DNA of 64,000 nucleotides, taken from positions 22,860 through 86,859 of the forward strand of contig JAJRRW010000068.1 in assembly GCA_024279115.1 (NCBI GenBank), written 5' to 3'. Each line of letters opens with the position of its first letter. The stretch's first letter is position 1. The notes under the pieces were generated by a model. That model made no database searches. It was not told the origin of the DNA and was given only the letters and a program-made list of their open reading frames with translations. This document shows, piece by piece, positions 29,433 through 38,956 of the stretch. Origin of the DNA: Alphaproteobacteria bacterium (GTDB lineage Bacteria; Pseudomonadota; Alphaproteobacteria; Rhizobiales; JAKIUO01). The translations under genes and the position numbers were made by a program.

Positions 29433-30005
29433 ATGAGCGGAACCTTCGGAAAATCTTCCGACCGGAAGCTGATCGAGCGGATCGCCAACGCTGACAAGGC
29501 CGCTGTACAGGCCCTGTTTGCAAGGTTTCATGTGCGTATCTATCGCTTTATTATACGAATGGTGGGGAATGAAGCTGTGGCTGAAGAATTGGCAAACGAA
29601 GTTTTTCTGGATGTCTGGCGCCAGGCCGGGCGGTTTGAAAGCCGCTCATCGGTCAGCACCTGGCTGATGGCGATTGCCCGCAACAAGGCGATTTCGCACT
29701 TACGCCGCAAAAAAGATCTGCCACTTGACGAGGATGCCGCCAACCAGATTGTCGATACGCAGGACAATCCTGAGGTCGTCGCCCAAAAAAGCGACAAGGG
29801 TGCGGCTATACGCGAGGCTATAGATTCCTTATCGCCGAACCACAAAGCGGTGATTGATCTGGTCTACTACCATGAATTGTCGGTGCGCGAGGTCGCCAAA
29901 GTACTTGATGTGCCGGCCAACACGGTCAAACCCCGCATGTTTCACGCCCGAAAAAAACTGGCTGAAAAACTGACCAAAGCTGGAATTGATCGCGGCTGGC
30001 CCTAA
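29433..30005 (+). CDS. ECF-type RNA polymerase sigma-70 family factor
   Basis: Region 2 (YRFIIRMVGNEAVAEELANEVFLDVW) and region 4 HTH (LSVREVAKVLDVPANTVKPRMFHARKKL). The alternative TTG at 29376 is less likely. Confidence 0.85.
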   Translation: MSGTFGKSSDRKLIERIANADKAAVQALFARFHVRIYRFIIRMVGNEAVAEELANEVFLDVWRQAGRFESRSSVSTWLMAIARNKAISHLRRKKDLPLDEDAANQIVDTQDNPEVVAQKSDKGAAIREAIDSLSPNHKAVIDLVYYHELSVREVAKVLDVPANTVKPRMFHARKKLAEKLTKAGIDRGWP

Positions 30006-30063
30006 GGGTTGAGCGTATTTTGAGAGTTGCCGCCATGATGAATTTGGTGAGGAGGGTTCGAAA

Positions 30064-30756
30064 ATGAGCGAGAAAGACGACACAATGCTTGGAACAAGTT
30101 TGCAAAATGAAGTGGCCTCCCTGTTGCCATTTTATATCACCGGCCGCCTTGGCCTGCGCGACCAGATGCGGGTCGAGCAATGGCTCAAGGATGACCCGCG
30201 CGGACAAAAAGCGCTGGATAATGCCTATGCTGATCAGCGCGCCTCCATCGATGCCAATGAAGCCATCGCCTCCCCGTCTGGAGCGCTTGGCCGCTTGCTC
30301 AAGGATATCGACGCCGAGCCCTCGCAAACCTGGTCGAACTATGTCGGCGGCAATATGCTGTCATGGGTGATGAGTTGGCTCAATATCATCCCTTCGACCC
30401 TGACATGGGGCGCTGTTGCCGCTTTGTTGCTGGTGACTGTAACGCAATCCACCCTGCTTTTGACCAAAACTACCAATACGCCGTTTGAAGTGTCCAACGG
30501 TAAAAACGGTGCGGCCACAAATCCCGACATCAAAGGAACCAGCGCCTTTATCCGCTTTGCTCCCAATACCGGCATCAATGATATCTCCACCTTGTTGCAT
30601 GAGGCTGGTGCCGTTTTGATCGATGGACCGCGCGGCAAGAACACATATGGGATACGTTTGGTTGAAGACAATAAACGCCCCTCCATCAAAGAGCGACTGG
30701 CAAGCCTTGCTAAACGCTCGGATCTTGTGCATTTCATTGCGGAGAAAAAGGACTAG
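30064..30756 (+). CDS. Putative single-pass anti-sigma factor
   Basis: Position directly after the sigma gene. N-terminal LLPFYITGRL..RVEQWL helix pattern, one TM (WGAVAALLLVTVTQSTLLL), and RBS ggaggg. Confidence 0.6.
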   Translation: MSEKDDTMLGTSLQNEVASLLPFYITGRLGLRDQMRVEQWLKDDPRGQKALDNAYADQRASIDANEAIASPSGALGRLLKDIDAEPSQTWSNYVGGNMLSWVMSWLNIIPSTLTWGAVAALLLVTVTQSTLLLTKTTNTPFEVSNGKNGAATNPDIKGTSAFIRFAPNTGINDISTLLHEAGAVLIDGPRGKNTYGIRLVEDNKRPSIKERLASLAKRSDLVHFIAEKKD

Positions 30757-32133
30757 ATGCGCAAAGTATTCACCTTGCTTGCTTGCTTAACAGCCCTTTA
30801 CAGCCTGTTGATGAACGATCAGGCGCTGGCCGCCACCGGCTGCCCCTCCGGCGGGGCGATCAGCAAACATCAACGTGAGATGCTGGACAAGCTGCCCCCG
30901 CCAATGCAAACCATCCTGCAAGCGGTCAGACGCCAGACCCAAACCGCCTGCCAGGCCCCTGTTAGCAGCCAGTTACCATCTACGGTAATAGATCCTTTTT
31001 TCATTCCCGTTGGTCTGGATACCAACTCACCAGCCATAGATGGCGAGGCCACTCCAGATGAAGTGGTGGCGATGATCAATGGAGATGGCGCCAATATTGA
31101 TGCCGTTGCCGCCAGCAACGGTCTCACCGTACGCAGCCGGCGGCGCTCTGCCCTGCTTGGCGCGTTCATTGTACGCTTTGGCATCACTGATGGCCGCTCC
31201 CCAGCTGCTGCCATTGCCCTCTTGCAGGCCAATGGCGCCATCGACACCCCCGGCCCCAACCACCTCTATCGGTTACAAGGCTCCGTGCGGGAGCCAAATG
31301 CCTTCGAAAAGGCCCGCTATGCCCCCCAGAAATTTGGCCGACCAGCAAGCGGTTTGCAACTGACGGGAAAAGATGTCGTCATTGGCGTCATTGATACCGC
31401 CATCGACCCGGACCATCCTGACCTCAAAGACGCGGTGCTTGAAAGCTATGATGCCCTGCCCGATCAACCGGTCAATAACCGCCGTCACGGCACCGCGGTT
31501 GCCGGTTTGCTGGCCGGGCGCTCGATGATCCTTGGGGTCGCCCCAAAAGCCAGACTGCTGGTAGCGCGGGCTTTTGATGTGCCGGTCAAAAATGCCAAGG
31601 CCAGCGCCACCACCTATCAAATCCTTGAAGCCCTTGACTGGACGGTCGAAAAAGGCGCCCAGATTATCAATATGAGTTTCACCGGTCCTCGCAATAATCT
31701 GATGTCAAAAGCCTTGTCGGCGGCCGCCGGAAAAAATGTGCTGCTGATTGCCGCCGCTGGCAATAATGGCCCCAAGGCGCGCCCGGCCTATCCTGCGGCC
31801 GAACAATCCGTACTGGCGGTGACGGCGACTGACGTGGACAATCGCATCTATTCCCATGCCAATGCGGGAGGCTATGTATTTGTCGCCGCTCCTGGCGTCG
31901 ATGTGCTCGCCGCCGTGCCTGACAACGGCGTCGATATGGTCAGCGGCACCAGCTTTGCCGCGCCATTTTTGTCGGGTCTGGCCGCCTTGATGCTGGAACA
32001 AAACAAGGGGCTGACGCCTCGCCAATTTGCCAAAACCATCGAGCTGACCTCCCATGATCTTGGTCAGCCCGGGCGCGACCATGTGTTTGGCGTCGGGCTG
32101 GCGAACCTGACCAAAGCGCTGGCACAAAAATAA
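30757..32133 (+). CDS. Secreted subtilisin-like serine protease (peptidase S8) with propeptide-like N-region
   Basis: Triad contexts VIGVIDTAID, HGTAVAGLLAG and SGTSFAAPFLSG, plus a signal peptide. The start abuts the anti-sigma stop (TAGATG). Confidence 0.9.
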   Translation: MRKVFTLLACLTALYSLLMNDQALAATGCPSGGAISKHQREMLDKLPPPMQTILQAVRRQTQTACQAPVSSQLPSTVIDPFFIPVGLDTNSPAIDGEATPDEVVAMINGDGANIDAVAASNGLTVRSRRRSALLGAFIVRFGITDGRSPAAAIALLQANGAIDTPGPNHLYRLQGSVREPNAFEKARYAPQKFGRPASGLQLTGKDVVIGVIDTAIDPDHPDLKDAVLESYDALPDQPVNNRRHGTAVAGLLAGRSMILGVAPKARLLVARAFDVPVKNAKASATTYQILEALDWTVEKGAQIINMSFTGPRNNLMSKALSAAAGKNVLLIAAAGNNGPKARPAYPAAEQSVLAVTATDVDNRIYSHANAGGYVFVAAPGVDVLAAVPDNGVDMVSGTSFAAPFLSGLAALMLEQNKGLTPRQFAKTIELTSHDLGQPGRDHVFGVGLANLTKALAQK

Positions 32134-32360
32134 AGTTCATCAATCACTTAATTCATTTTTCTGACATGCTGGCCGACCATACCTTGTCGCGCGCTGCCCC
32201 ACAGCCGTTAAGCATGAATGGCAGGCGAAATGCCCATTTCGCGGTTTATGTCCTACACTGCGCAAAGCCATAGTTTTCCTTGACAAGACATATTGTCGCG
32301 GACAAACATATGAGTGTGAAATAGATCCAACTTAAATAACCAGAAAAACTGGAGACTAGA

Positions 32361-33380
32361 ATGAAGACAGGTAAACTGATTGTAGCAGCGGTTGCGTTGC
32401 TCGGGTTGTCCGCCACGACAGCCAGCGCTGCGACCACCCTTGAGGCGGTCAAAGCCAAAGGCCACATCCAATGCGGCGTCACGACAGGGCTCGCTGGTTT
32501 TTCAGCTCCCGATGACAAAGGCGTTTACTCCGGTATTGATGCAGATGTCTGCTATGCCGTTGCCGCTGCCGTGTTTGGCGACAAAAACAAAGTCAAATTT
32601 ACTCCCCTGACTGCCAAAGAGCGTTTCACCGCTCTTGCATCTGGTGAAATTGACATTTTGTCTCGTAACACCACCCACACCCTGACCCGTGATGCCTCTC
32701 TTGGCCTCAACTTCACCTATTACAACTATATTGATGGTCAAGGCTTCATGGTCAAAAAATCTCTCGGCGTCAAAGGCGTCAAGGAACTTGACGGCGCGAA
32801 AATCTGCATCCAGGCCGGTACAACAACCGAGCTTAACCTTGCTGACTATTTCCGCACCAACGGCATGAAGTTCCAGCCTGTTGTTTATGACACCTCTATC
32901 CAGACCCGCGAAGGTTTCGACAAAGGTGCCTGTGACGTGCTGACCTCTGACAAATCACAGCTGGCTGCTCTTCGCACCGAGCTGAAAGATCCAAAAAGCG
33001 CAGTTATCCTGCCTGAAACGATCTCTAAAGAGCCACTCGGCCCCGTTGTCCGTCAGGGCGATGACCAATGGTTCAACATTGTCAAATGGGTTCTGTTTGC
33101 CGTCATCAATGCTGATGAAATGAATGTCAGCTCGAAAAATGTCGATGATCTCAAAGCAAAAACCACCAACCCGAACATCAAGCGTCTGCTTGGTACCGAA
33201 GGTGATATGGGCAAAAAACTTGGTCTGTCCGCAGACTGGGCATATAATGCGATCAAACAGGTCGGCAATTATGACGAAATGTACCAGCGCAATGTTGCTC
33301 CGCTCGGTCTCTCAAGAGACGGCAGCGTCAACGCTCTGTGGTCCAAAGGCGGCGTTCTTTATGCGCCACCAATCCGCTAG
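32361..33380 (+). CDS. aapJ: General L-amino-acid ABC transporter, periplasmic binding protein
   Basis: Signal peptide, family 3 SBP features, and position ahead of two long permeases and an ATPase (Aap/Bzt-type layout). Confidence 0.8.
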   Translation: MKTGKLIVAAVALLGLSATTASAATTLEAVKAKGHIQCGVTTGLAGFSAPDDKGVYSGIDADVCYAVAAAVFGDKNKVKFTPLTAKERFTALASGEIDILSRNTTHTLTRDASLGLNFTYYNYIDGQGFMVKKSLGVKGVKELDGAKICIQAGTTTELNLADYFRTNGMKFQPVVYDTSIQTREGFDKGACDVLTSDKSQLAALRTELKDPKSAVILPETISKEPLGPVVRQGDDQWFNIVKWVLFAVINADEMNVSSKNVDDLKAKTTNPNIKRLLGTEGDMGKKLGLSADWAYNAIKQVGNYDEMYQRNVAPLGLSRDGSVNALWSKGGVLYAPPIR

Positions 33381-33501
33381 TAAACTCGTCAAGAGTTGAA
33401 CGCTTTGAACTTGAGGGACCGGTCTCATAATAAAAACACCGGCCGGTCCCTCTTCCTTCTGCCTCAAAACAATTAATAAATAAAGATCTGAGATCTCGTC
33501 T

Positions 33502-34686
33502 ATGGCTGGTCCCAAAAACACTGTTGCGTGGCACCGCAATCCGCTCATTCGTGGTATTTTTGCTCAACTCGTGCTTGTCTTGCTCGTTGTCTGGGGAATA
33601 TCCACCATTTACGCCAATACCGTCGCCAATATGGAAGCCCGTGGCATTCAAATCGGTTTTGGTTTCCTGAACGAAGTGGCCCCCTTTGGCATTGCCTTTT
33701 CCCCCTTTATTGACTTCAATCTTGGCGAGAGCACCTATTTGACGGTGTTTTTCATTGGTATTCAAAATACCATTATCGTCAGTGTATTCGGGATTATCGC
33801 TGCGACCATTCTTGGGGTTACCGTCGGCATCATGCGCCTGTCGGCAAACTGGTTCGTGTCAAAAATTGCGACAATCTATATTGAAGTCTTTCGCAATATT
33901 CCCGTCTTGCTACAGATTATGTTCTGGAATTTTGCCGTTTTTCTACCGCTCCTGCCAGGACCAAGAGAAAGTCTTGGAGGTGGAGGTTTTTTCCTCAATA
34001 ATCGCGGCACCTATCTGCCCAAACCCGTCGTTGAAAACGCCACTGCCAATACGGCATTCTGGCTGGCAATCGCCCTTGGCATTATCGCCATTTATGTGCT
34101 GCACAAGTTCTCGGCAAGACGCCAGGAACAGACTGGTCAAATCCTGCGCGGCAAGCTTATCGGGTTTGGTCTCCTGGCAGCACTGGTGGCATTGGCAACA
34201 ATCATTTTTGGCGCTCCCTTCGCATTTGAAGCTCCCGTTCTTGGGCGTTTCAACATGACGGGCGGCATCGAAATTCCACTTCCACTTTTTGCCTTGTGGT
34301 TTGCCCTTACAACCTATACCGCAGCGTTTATTGCCGAGCAGGTGCGTGGTGGCATCGAGGCCGTCACAAAGGGCCAATGGGAAGCCGCTGGTGCCCTTGG
34401 CCTGTCACGATCACACCTGTTGAAGCTGGTCATAATTCCCCAGGCCATGCGGGTCATCGTCCCGCCAACTATCAGCCAATATCTCAACCTGACCAAGAAC
34501 TCGTCCCTTGCCACGGCCATCGCCTATGAGGATATCGTCGCCTTGTGGACCGGTACATCTCTCAATCAGACCGGGCAGGCCCTGATCATTGTCGCCATGA
34601 CCGTCGTTGTCTATGAATTGCTTAGCCTTATGACGTCCATCGCCCTCAATATTTATAATAAACGCGTACAGCTGGTGGAGCGCTAG
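33502..34686 (+). CDS. aapQ: General L-amino-acid ABC transporter permease
   Basis: 394-aa polytopic protein with a His/Glu/Gln-type permease EAA loop (FIAEQVRGGIEAVTKGQWEAAGALGLS). Confidence 0.8.
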   Translation: MAGPKNTVAWHRNPLIRGIFAQLVLVLLVVWGISTIYANTVANMEARGIQIGFGFLNEVAPFGIAFSPFIDFNLGESTYLTVFFIGIQNTIIVSVFGIIAATILGVTVGIMRLSANWFVSKIATIYIEVFRNIPVLLQIMFWNFAVFLPLLPGPRESLGGGGFFLNNRGTYLPKPVVENATANTAFWLAIALGIIAIYVLHKFSARRQEQTGQILRGKLIGFGLLAALVALATIIFGAPFAFEAPVLGRFNMTGGIEIPLPLFALWFALTTYTAAFIAEQVRGGIEAVTKGQWEAAGALGLSRSHLLKLVIIPQAMRVIVPPTISQYLNLTKNSSLATAIAYEDIVALWTGTSLNQTGQALIIVAMTVVVYELLSLMTSIALNIYNKRVQLVER

Positions 34687-34687
34687 A

Positions 34688-35809
34688 ATGACAGATACCT
34701 TGATACATACCAGATTGCCCGACCGAGCCCCTCCGGCTTCCGAAACAGGCATCATCCACTGGGCCCGGACAAATCTGTTCAGTTCGATCACCAATACGAT
34801 ACTGACCTTGGCGTCTCTCTATGCACTTTATGTCCTGGTGCCGCCCTTGCTCAATTGGGGGCTATTGAATGCCAATCTTGCCGGCACTGACCGCAGCGTT
34901 TGCGACGCCAATCAAGGTGGTGCCTGCTGGACCTTCATCAAGGTGCGCTTCAACCAAATCATGTTTGGCCTGTTCTATGGCTCCAATCCCGATCAGATCT
35001 GGCGGCCCGTCCTCGCCTTCTTCTCGCTGGTGGCACTGGTCATTCCTTTGTTCTTTGACCGTTTCAATTACAAAGGCATGCTTTCTGCCTTTATCCTGAT
35101 CGTCTTCCCGTTCATCGCATTTGCACTCATTCATGGAGCATGGCTTGGACTACCCGTTGCTGATACCAGCGAGTGGGGCGGCTTCTTGCTGACCTTCGTG
35201 CTCGCCAGTGTGGGCATCGTGGCTGCGTTACCTATCGGCATCTTGCTGGCACTGGGGCTGCGTTCCGAACTGCCGATTGTCCGAGGATTTTCAGTTTTCT
35301 ACATCGAGTTGTGGCTCGGCACCCCGTTGATTACGGTTTTGTTCATGGCGTCCGTTCTGCTCCCCTTGTTCTTTCCGGCCGGCGTCGATTTCGACAAGGT
35401 GCTGCGCGCCATGATCGGCATTACATTATTCCAGTCAGCCTATGTGGCGGAAGCTGTCAGAGGTGGGTTGCAGGCTATTCCCAAGGGCCAGTTTGAGGCG
35501 GCTGACGCGCTCGGGCTTTCTTATTGGAAAAAGATGCTTTTCATTGTCCTGCCGCAGGCTCTTAAAATTTCTATTCCTGGCATCGTCAACACCTTTATTG
35601 CTCTGTTCAAAGATACCTCGCTGGTCTCCATCATCGGCCTGCTTGACCTTCTCAACATGTCACAAACGGCCTCCAAGGGGCTGGAGTGGAAGGGCTATGA
35701 TACCGAAGCCTATCTGTTCGCGGCCTTCGTATTCGGGATATGCTGTTACGGAATTTCCCTCTACTCAAGAAGTCTCGAAGAAAAGCTCGATCGAGGCCAT
35801 AAAAATTAA
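34688..35809 (+). CDS. aapM: General L-amino-acid ABC transporter permease
   Basis: EAA loop YVAEAVRGGLQAIPKGQFEAADALGLS. Starts 1 nt after the aapQ stop. Confidence 0.8.
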   Translation: MTDTLIHTRLPDRAPPASETGIIHWARTNLFSSITNTILTLASLYALYVLVPPLLNWGLLNANLAGTDRSVCDANQGGACWTFIKVRFNQIMFGLFYGSNPDQIWRPVLAFFSLVALVIPLFFDRFNYKGMLSAFILIVFPFIAFALIHGAWLGLPVADTSEWGGFLLTFVLASVGIVAALPIGILLALGLRSELPIVRGFSVFYIELWLGTPLITVLFMASVLLPLFFPAGVDFDKVLRAMIGITLFQSAYVAEAVRGGLQAIPKGQFEAADALGLSYWKKMLFIVLPQALKISIPGIVNTFIALFKDTSLVSIIGLLDLLNMSQTASKGLEWKGYDTEAYLFAAFVFGICCYGISLYSRSLEEKLDRGHKN

Positions 35810-35833
35810 GTAAATGTCTGGAAGGACTGACGC

Positions 35834-36628
35834 ATGACAAACACCGATCCCCAAGGCCAGCCGGTCCCGCAGGCACCGGGCACTAACGACAGCTCCTATA
35901 GTATTGACATTGAGGGGCTCAACAAATGGTATGGCACATTTCATGTTCTCAAGGAGATCAATCTGAAAGTCGCCAAGGGCGAACGAATCGTTATTTGCGG
36001 CCCCTCTGGTTCAGGAAAATCGACCCTTATTCGCTGCATCAACAGACTGGAAGAGCATCAAGAAGGCTCGATCATTGTTGATGGGGTTGAGCTTACCAAT
36101 GATGTTAAAAATGTCGACAAGGTGCGCCGTGAAGTCGGCATGGTGTTCCAGCATTTCAACCTGTTTCCACATCTCACCGTTTTGGAAAACTGTACGCTTG
36201 CCCCCATCTGGGTGCGTAAAACGCCAAAAAAAGAGGCTATCGCCGAGGCCATGAAATATCTGGAGCGCGTGCGCATCCCCGAGCAGGCTCTAAAATATCC
36301 CGGCCAGCTGTCAGGCGGCCAGCAACAGCGCGTGGCCATCGCGCGCTCGCTTTGCATGAACCCGCGCATCATGTTGTTTGATGAGCCAACCTCGGCGCTC
36401 GATCCCGAAATGATCTCGGAAGTGCTGGACGTGATGATCGACTTGGCCAATAGCGGCATGACCATGCTGTGCGTGACCCATGAAATGGGTTTTGCCAAAC
36501 AGGTAGCCGACCGTGTGATCTTTATGGATTATGGCGAAATCGTTGAAGAAGCGCCTCCCGAAGAATTTTTCAACAATCCCAAACATGATCGCACGCAGCT
36601 GTTCTTGTCGCAAATCCTGGCGCATTAA
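35834..36628 (+). CDS. aapP: Amino-acid ABC transporter ATP-binding protein
   Basis: Walker [10 protein letters not shown], signature [13 protein letters not shown], Walker [12 protein letters not shown]. Confidence 0.9.
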   Translation: MTNTDPQGQPVPQAPGTNDSSYSIDIEGLNKWYGTFHVLKEINLKVAKGERIVICGPSGSGKSTLIRCINRLEEHQEGSIIVDGVELTNDVKNVDKVRREVGMVFQHFNLFPHLTVLENCTLAPIWVRKTPKKEAIAEAMKYLERVRIPEQALKYPGQLSGGQQQRVAIARSLCMNPRIMLFDEPTSALDPEMISEVLDVMIDLANSGMTMLCVTHEMGFAKQVADRVIFMDYGEIVEEAPPEEFFNNPKHDRTQLFLSQILAH

Positions 36629-36730
36629 TTCATCTCGCGGTTATTCGCGCTATGCTTGGGCCTCTGCCGGGGCACGCATAGCGTGACGGCCCGTCGGCCT
36701 TGCCGAAGGGTACTTCGGAATTTATGATCC

Positions 36731-36901
36731 CTAAGAGCCCAATTCAAAACGCCTCACTGATTTTATTGGCTTTTTACGGCTCATTATCGGCGCAAATCGC
36801 CTTGAAAGGGACGCCAGCCCCGTTCTGCGACAATTTGCTTGATTCTGAACCGGAAAAAGCCAATAAAATCAAGCAATGAGTTTTGAATCGAACTCTAAGA
36901 G
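36731..36901. repeat. MITE-like element with roughly 45-bp imperfect terminal inverted repeats
   Basis: ctaagagcccaattcaaaacgcctcactgattttattggcttttt pairs with aaaaagccaataaaatcaagcaatgagttttgaatcgaactctaagag. Confidence 0.55.
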
Positions 36902-37009
36902 AATCATTATTTGCCGCTGATTATTCGATTGAGATAATATCAGGATGCAACATAATTGACCATTGGCATCCTGGTATAAAACGACCGTCAACCAAATCGA
37001 GCGCATGCA

Positions 37010-37477
37010 ATGTCCAGCCCTGATGCCAAACGTCTTGCCCAAACAACCGTTCGCAGGCTTGATGACGGCTATTGGACCGCTGGCTATATCACCCCTGAAG
37101 ATCTGAAAATGGCGGCCGATTGCGGCTTCAAATCCATCGTCAATATCCTGCCCAAAGATGATACCGACCAGCATATGAGCGATGCACAGGCCAAGGAGCT
37201 GGCTGAAACATCTGGCCTTGAATATCGCTACATGCCGCTCTATGGCCATCAGGTCAATAATCAATATATCGCCACAGCCTATGGCTCGATGATCAAAGAA
37301 CTGCCCGAACCCGTCTTGAGCTATTGCCGCTCGGGCACTCGCGTGACGCTCTTGTGGGCGATGATCCACGCTGGCAAACTGGATATTGACGACATGCTTG
37401 ATCGGGCGCTCGATAATGGCTACGACATTGAGGTCATCAAGGAAGATCTTGAGAGAGTGTCAAAGAAACGCAAATAG
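37010..37477 (+). CDS. DUF442/TIGR01244 family (Blh N-terminal phosphatase-like sulfur-transfer domain) protein
   Basis: GFKSIVNILP..EYRYMPL..SYCRSGTRVTLLWA pattern with the CxxxxxR loop typical of DUF442. Confidence 0.75.
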   Translation: MSSPDAKRLAQTTVRRLDDGYWTAGYITPEDLKMAADCGFKSIVNILPKDDTDQHMSDAQAKELAETSGLEYRYMPLYGHQVNNQYIATAYGSMIKELPEPVLSYCRSGTRVTLLWAMIHAGKLDIDDMLDRALDNGYDIEVIKEDLERVSKKRK

Positions 37478-37555
37478 CCCTTTTGTTGCGAACAGGTCGG
37501 GCACCGTTGTTTCAGCACGCACGATAAAAGAGACAATAGATCGATAGGAACAGAT

Positions 37556-38590
37556 ATGATTTTTCGCCAATTATTTGACAGTGTTTCATGTACTTACAGC
37601 TATCTCATTGCCAGCAGAGCTGGTGGGGAGGCCTTGATTATTGATCCGGTACTGGAAAAGGTGGATCGCTATTTGACCCTCATTGACGAGCTTGATCTCA
37701 AACTGGTGAAGGCCGTTGACACCCATTTGCACGCCGACCACATCACGGGGCTTGGCGCTTTGCGCGACAAAACCCGCTGCATCACCGTGATGGGGGAGCA
37801 AAGCCTGGTCAATGTGGTGTCCATGCGGGTCGCGGACGGCGATCATATTGATATTGAAGGCGCTCGCCTTGATGTGTTGTACACCCCTGGCCACACGGAC
37901 GATAGCTACAGCTTCTTGATGGGCGACCGTATCTTCACGGGCGATACGCTGCTGATCCGCGGCACGGGCCGCACCGACTTCCAAAATGGCGATGCGCGGT
38001 CTCAATATCATTCCATTTTTGATCGACTTTTGAAGCTGCCCGAACAAACGCTGGTCTATCCAGGCCACGATTACAAAGGCGATACCGTCAGCACGATTGG
38101 CGAGGAAAAAGCCTTTAACCCGCGCCTGCAAGTGCAATCAATCGACGAATATGTCGACCTCATGAGTAATCTCAATCTGCCCAATCCCAAATTGATGGAT
38201 GTCGTTGTTCCCGAAAATATGAAAATTGGACTGGTGCAAAAAGAAAATGCCAAATGCGGCTGGTCGTTGACCGCCCAGCAGGTGGCAGAGCTCAAGGACA
38301 AACCTGATATTTTGTTTGTTGATCTGCGCGATGACAATGAACGCAAAAAAGATGGCATCATCGAGGGCTCAATCCATGTCCCCTATCCCGACTTGCAAGA
38401 ATGTCTTGCTGATCATGGAAAGCTAAGAGCGCAAGCGCTCGACCATAATAAGCGTCTGGTGTTTTTATGTAGCTTTGGAGAGCGCTCCGCCATGGCAGTG
38501 CGCGCTGCCCAGGATCAGGGCCTATCAACCGCCTGCCATATCGCTGGCGGCATCAATAATTGGAAACCCGCTGATCGGTCAACGGGCTGA
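37556..38590 (+). CDS. Persulfide dioxygenase (ETHE1-type MBL fold) fused to a C-terminal rhodanese domain
   Basis: THLHADHITG, YTPGHTDDS and GDTLLIRGTGRTDF are ETHE1/PDO-like. The C-terminal FLCSFGERSAMA..AGGINNW is a rhodanese active-site loop. Confidence 0.85.
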   Translation: MIFRQLFDSVSCTYSYLIASRAGGEALIIDPVLEKVDRYLTLIDELDLKLVKAVDTHLHADHITGLGALRDKTRCITVMGEQSLVNVVSMRVADGDHIDIEGARLDVLYTPGHTDDSYSFLMGDRIFTGDTLLIRGTGRTDFQNGDARSQYHSIFDRLLKLPEQTLVYPGHDYKGDTVSTIGEEKAFNPRLQVQSIDEYVDLMSNLNLPNPKLMDVVVPENMKIGLVQKENAKCGWSLTAQQVAELKDKPDILFVDLRDDNERKKDGIIEGSIHVPYPDLQECLADHGKLRAQALDHNKRLVFLCSFGERSAMAVRAAQDQGLSTACHIAGGINNWKPADRSTG

Positions 38591-38689
38591 AGATCATCTC
38601 GCGCCAATACAACCAACATATTCACTGCACCCGTTAGCGGGTGCGGGGCGTCCATAGCGACCATCTTCAAAATACTTCAAGAGATCAAT

Positions 38690-38917
38690 ATGAAAAAGTA
38701 TAATCACATAGGAATCCCGACAACCGAAAAGAAAGAAGGTGAAGTTCATCTCCCTCATCTAAAGATGTTTGTCACTGACCACGAAAAAAGCCCAAACAAA
38801 ATTCAATGGATACGTTTTGAGGACGATGCCCCGTGTTTTCTAGCCACCTTGCGGTTTTCTTTTTTTTCAAAATTGCTGGGCGACCGCATCCCGCTTTTGC
38901 CAAGCTTTGGATTGTAG
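38690..38917 (+). pseudogene. Probable truncated gene (possible glyoxalase/VOC-like N-terminal fragment)
   Basis: MKKYNHIGIPTTEKKEGEVHLPHLKMFVTDHE..IRFEDDAP reads like a real N-terminus. The frame then runs into low-complexity repeat DNA right at a CTAG (38840-38843). The family call is from memory only. Confidence 0.3.
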
Positions 38918-38956
38918 AAAAATTCCAATAGCGATGTCAGCTTACGAAATAGGCTA

